The position numbers were made by a program, and so were the translations under genes. The notes beneath the pieces were generated by a model. That model was not told the DNA's origin. It worked only from the letters and a program-made list of their open reading frames with translations, and made no database searches. Positions 38,282-41,412 of a stretch of DNA of 41,412 nucleotides are shown here, piece after piece. The stretch lies in contig JAYTHU010000034.1 in assembly GCA_043732305.1 (NCBI GenBank), positions 1 to 41,412 on the forward strand, given 5' to 3'. Each line of letters begins with the position of its first letter. The stretch's first letter is position 1. The DNA comes from Oligoflexia bacterium (GTDB taxonomy: Bacteria > Bdellovibrionota > Bdellovibrionia > JABDDW01).

Positions 38282-39129
38282 TTCTTACTTCCTTCCTGAC
38301 TCAAACATAAAAGTGGCTCAGTGAACTTCGCTAAAAAATCTAATAAATGAAACATAAGGTGAAGGCAGTACTCGGTGATAAATTTCAGGAACGGCAATGC
38401 ATAGCCAACCAAGGAGAGAGGAATAAGAGAAAACTCCACAATGGGTAGAGCTAAGACGTTCACGGGGATCACGATCCAAGAGATGCAGGGTTGAATATTA
38501 AAAATCAGAGGCGCAGTAAAAAGAATGCAACAGAGCGGAGTCAAAACTTTATTCCATTTGGTTGAGGTCAGTTGAAAAGATCCTACCACGCTCAATGCCA
38601 TTGAGGCCGCGCAAGACAGCTGAAATGAAAGTGATTTACACAGCGCCGGCTGCAGAAGCAAGCAAAAGCATGTGGTGATAACTTGAAGGTCGGCTTCGTC
38701 GGAAATACGGCGCCCACAGAATTTTCTCAAGACCCAGTTCACAAAGGCGCGCAAGCAAGCGGCTTGCAATTGATTTGCAAAGGTGAAAACGCCCAGAAAA
38801 ACTGTGGCCAACCATATTTTAACTCGAGGAGAGAAGAAAAAGAGCGGCTTAATGACAATTTTATCAAGAATTGTCAGGTGACTTCCAGAAACAACGATCA
38901 AATGATAAAGCCCGAGCACCATGAAAGATTGAATTTCACTTTTCTGGCGCAGACCAGTGTCGTCGCCAAAAAGAATTGCCGCGTAAAACCAATTCAAGTC
39001 GGAATTTCCCATATGGGCTAAGCAAAAAGCATGAAGCTGATTTGCTAAACCCACCAAGGGTTTTAAGAGATCAAATTTAAATAACAGAGTCTGAATTAGA
39101 CTTGCCAGAATCCATCCGAGTGCTTTCAC
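38170..39129 (-). CDS. comEC: ComEC/Rec2 competence (membrane channel) domain protein
   Basis: 'GLYHLIVVSGSHL', 'LRA' and 'SLSFQLS'; multiple TM helices. Confidence 0.88.
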   Translation of the reverse strand: MKALGWILASLIQTLLFKFDLLKPLVGLANQLHAFCLAHMGNSDLNWFYAAILFGDDTGLRQKSEIQSFMVLGLYHLIVVSGSHLTILDKIVIKPLFFFSPRVKIWLATVFLGVFTFANQLQAACLRAFVNWVLRKFCGRRISDEADLQVITTCFCLLLQPALCKSLSFQLSCAASMALSVVGSFQLTSTKWNKVLTPLCCILFTAPLIFNIQPCISWIVIPVNVLALPIVEFSLIPLSLVGYALPFLKFITEYCLHLMFHLLDFLAKFTEPLLCLSQEGSKNWGIVYIFSLLFVWRLLLPFFRRREFVKDQNQRVQGM

Positions 39130-39278
39130 AAAGCTGCAAGTTGCAAAATCGAGAGGAGCTTCAGAGTGATTATTTTCTCACGCGGACAGAGGTATTGTCC
39201 GAAAGTGGGCGGAGTTCGGATGTAAGTTTGTGTCAGTTAAACTTAATATAAAATTTAAATAGGACTTATCTGAGGTGT

Positions 39279-39291
39279 TATCAATAGGTTA
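39279..39291 (+). promoter_or_regulatory. IHF consensus site
   Basis: TATCAATAGGTTA matches WATCAANNNNTTR and has an AT-rich tract upstream. Confidence 0.5.
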
Positions 39292-39362
39292 AGTATGCCT
39301 AATATTGCATCAAACCGCTGAAACACTCTCTTAAAGCGGCATTCAGGACTTTTGGTCAGAAC

Positions 39363-39385
39363 TTACTCACAAATTATGTGGAAAA
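39363..39385. promoter_or_regulatory. Pair of inverted DnaA-box-like 9-mers
   Basis: TTACTCACA (39363-39371, 1 mismatch to TTWTNCACA) and TGTGGAAAA (39377-39385; reverse complement TTTTCCACA, a perfect match). Confidence 0.5.
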
Positions 39386-39656
39386 CTCGGATATATCCCC
39401 GAGAAATTCTCCCTTTTGAGAAAAAAATAAGAGTGAAATAGCAAGTTTATAGATTGTACAGAAAGAATCTTACAAGTTCTTAGAGAAGAATATTCTTGGA
39501 GGTTTTCATAGCAAAAACGAGATATTAATCTACACTTTTTTTTATTCGAATTTTTTTGGAATCTTTAAAGTAGGAGTCTTCAATTATCTTGTCAACAATT
39601 TAGTTAAAAATACTTTTTCAATTGGCAGTTTTCCTAAAACTATTCTCAAATAGAGT

Positions 39657-40418
39657 ATGGCAACTACATTTAGCATTGTTAATCAAAAAGGCGGGGTGGG
39701 AAAAACCACTCTTACGTTCAACCTCGGCGCAGCACTCGCAAAATCTGGAGCAAAAGTTTTGCTCATAGACAATGACCCGCAGGGAAATCTAACCAGTTAC
39801 ACTGGCGTGGATGCGCGATTCACGGTGGACGAGATTTATGTATCTCGGAAGCTTCCGCAGCTCACTACCAGTGATCTCGATCGAGTCGACGAAGGTCTAT
39901 GCATCATCGGTGCGGATTCAATGCTTGCGGGCGTGGAGTATTATCTAGCCACGCGGGACAATAAAGAATTTGTTCTCAAGAATGCACTTCATAAATTAAA
40001 CGAGGAATTTGATTACATCCTGATAGACAATCCTCCCGCGCTAAATTTGCTCACGGTCAATGGTCTAGTCGCATCGTTTGGAGTTCTTGTTCCCGTCCAG
40101 CTGGAGTTCTTTTCACTCGAAGGTATTGTGGCTCTAGAAAAGACAGTCGAAAGTCTTAAAGAAAAGAATCCGGTACTTAGGATCTCCGGAATTATCGCGA
40201 ACATGTTTGATGATCGTCGAAAATTAAATTGGGAGGTCTGGGAAGCACTCAAAACTAATTTCGGGGATCTCGTTCTAGATACAAAAATTCATAATTGTGT
40301 TAAAATTGCAGAGAGCAGCGGACATGGGAAAAGCATCTTGAAATATTCACCTTCAAGTCGCTCGTCGCAGGAGTTCCAGAAAATAGCCGAGGAGATCAAA
40401 CAACATGACCGAACCTAA
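39657..40418 (+). CDS. parA: ParA/Soj-family ATPase
   Basis: Deviant Walker A 'NQKGGVGKTT', 'DNDPQGN', 'IDNPPALNLLTVN' and 'AESSGHGKSI'. Confidence 0.93.
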   Translation: MATTFSIVNQKGGVGKTTLTFNLGAALAKSGAKVLLIDNDPQGNLTSYTGVDARFTVDEIYVSRKLPQLTTSDLDRVDEGLCIIGADSMLAGVEYYLATRDNKEFVLKNALHKLNEEFDYILIDNPPALNLLTVNGLVASFGVLVPVQLEFFSLEGIVALEKTVESLKEKNPVLRISGIIANMFDDRRKLNWEVWEALKTNFGDLVLDTKIHNCVKIAESSGHGKSILKYSPSSRSSQEFQKIAEEIKQHDRT

Positions 40419-41253
40419 AAGTGGCAAAATGGGCCGTAATCCTTTTGAAAAAAAAGAACAGTCACGGTCTTCTGGTTTAATTCCTAAGTCTGAATCCACT
40501 TTGTTATTCAAACAATTCGTAAAGCCATCGGGAAGTCTGCAGAAAGTTCGCGAGATGCAGATTCAAGTGGATTGGACTGAACTCTATAAAAGTGTCACCA
40601 AAGATATTCGGAAAATGTTTTTTCTCCTTCCGATTTTGTTTTTATTCACGGGTGCATGTGCTTCGAAAAATTTGAGCGCCAGCGGTGATGCAGATTTAAA
40701 AAGACAAATGCTTGATCTTCAAAAGGTAACCGGTCGCCAGACCGCCTTGATAGACGAGCTTAATAATAAAATTTTGCTCTTGAGCGATCGTTTGGAAAAT
40801 CGTTCGCATGCGCCAACAGCGGTTATTGTGCCACCAACAAAAACTGTTGCTCACTCGGGTGATGCTAAGCTTTACGAAATGGTCACTCGGGACATAAAGA
40901 ATCACGATTTGATTTCACTTAGTAAAAACGTAGAGCTGATGCAAAAGGGATATAAAAGTTCGCCAATGACGGACAGCGCCGAGTTTTTACTTGGCGAAGC
41001 TTATTTTAAAAAAGCTCTGTATAAAAAATCAGCGGAAGTATTTGAAAAACTTTATGGAAGTAGCCCCGATGGGCCTCGTGCCGTTTCTACGCTTTATTAT
41101 CTTGGGTTAAGTTACAAAAAATTAAATCGCGGACAAGAATCCCAAGAAGCCTTTCAGAGCATAGTTAATGTTTACCCTGGCAGCCAAGAGGCTCTCGAAT
41201 CAATGAAGATACTTGCATCAATGAAAAAGGGAGCACCTGGTGAGAAATTCTGA
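40405..41253 (+). CDS. CpoB/YbgF-like coiled-coil + TPR protein with a 70-aa N-terminal extension
   Basis: Internal lipoprotein-like signal 'MFFLLPILFLFTGAC' (ATG 40615), a coiled coil and C-terminal TPRs ending 'YPGSQEA'. Confidence 0.75.
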   Translation: MTEPKSGKMGRNPFEKKEQSRSSGLIPKSESTLLFKQFVKPSGSLQKVREMQIQVDWTELYKSVTKDIRKMFFLLPILFLFTGACASKNLSASGDADLKRQMLDLQKVTGRQTALIDELNNKILLLSDRLENRSHAPTAVIVPPTKTVAHSGDAKLYEMVTRDIKNHDLISLSKNVELMQKGYKSSPMTDSAEFLLGEAYFKKALYKKSAEVFEKLYGSSPDGPRAVSTLYYLGLSYKKLNRGQESQEAFQSIVNVYPGSQEALESMKILASMKKGAPGEKF

Positions 41254-41412
41254 GTTGAGGTTTCACGTCGTTTTTTTTGTAACTTTGGGTTTTTTGGGGC
41301 AAGTACAGGCTCAAGAGAACACCGCGGATCTGAAATATGAAGATCGCATTTCTCGCATTTATCAAAACTACAATCAGAGCAATGTGACTGATCTCGATTG
41401 GGGAAAAATCGC
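41240..41412 (+). CDS. 5' part of an exported protein (truncated by the window end; possibly LysM-type)
   Basis: GTG 41240 follows the SD AAGGGAG. The frame is open to the end: MRNSELRFHVVFFVTLGFLGQVQAQENTADLKYEDRISRIYQNYN. LysM is a guess from context only. Confidence 0.6.
   Translation, partial: MRNSELRFHVVFFVTLGFLGQVQAQENTADLKYEDRISRIYQNYNQSNVTDLDWGKI

Noticed and set aside
39141..39158. Sigma54 promoter for comEC
   Set aside because: The TTGCA -12 element is present but the -24 position is CC rather than GG.
39130..39656. oriC or dif site
   Set aside because: Only two DnaA-box-like 9-mers, no dnaA/dnaN nearby, and no convincing 28-bp XerC/XerD match.
41259..41274. parS-like GTTTCACGT near parA
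   Set aside because: Only the left half of the TGTTTCACGTGAAACA palindrome matches, and it lies inside a coding region.
7180..41365. Numerous 60-165 aa ORFs antisense to or nested in well-supported genes (e.g. 7180-7674, 22193-22501, 34413-34745)
   Set aside because: They are shadow ORFs with no motifs and lie almost entirely within confident CDSs.

Overview
This is a ~41 kb chromosomal segment of a moderately AT-rich Gram-negative bacterium. The gene content (Agl-Glt-type gliding genes, tamB-Omp85, lpxC, split comEC, sigma54- and FliA-like promoters) suggests a Bdellovibrionota/Oligoflexia-like or related former Deltaproteobacterium; this is an inference. 1-4.5 kb is a decaying accessory region. 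It holds an intact toxin/MqsA-like antitoxin pair with a clear promoter and operator, several pseudogenes, and an orphan REC-LuxR regulator beside the remnant of a histidine kinase. 4.5-12.4 kb encodes a DES1-like desaturase, cbpA-cbpM, stress proteins, ndh, and a secreted protein paired with a subtilase that lacks a propeptide. 12.5-27.4 kb is mostly core genes: Omp85/TamB/TPR, efp, ruvCAB, lpxC and ald. 27.4-37.4 kb is a compact Agl-Glt-like motor locus: GYF-PilZ, a giant TPR protein that looks like a GltC+GltD+GltE fusion, gltF, a gltG with no canonical start codon for its conserved N-terminus, an inverted OmpL47-type repeat gene, and aglRQS-like genes. 37.4-41.4 kb contains a split comEC, an intergenic region with IHF- and DnaA-box-like sites, parA, a CpoB-like gene with an N-terminal extension resembling a ParA partner, and the start of a secreted protein. 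No rRNA, tRNA or CRISPR array was recognised. All family assignments come from motif recognition by eye, not from database searches.
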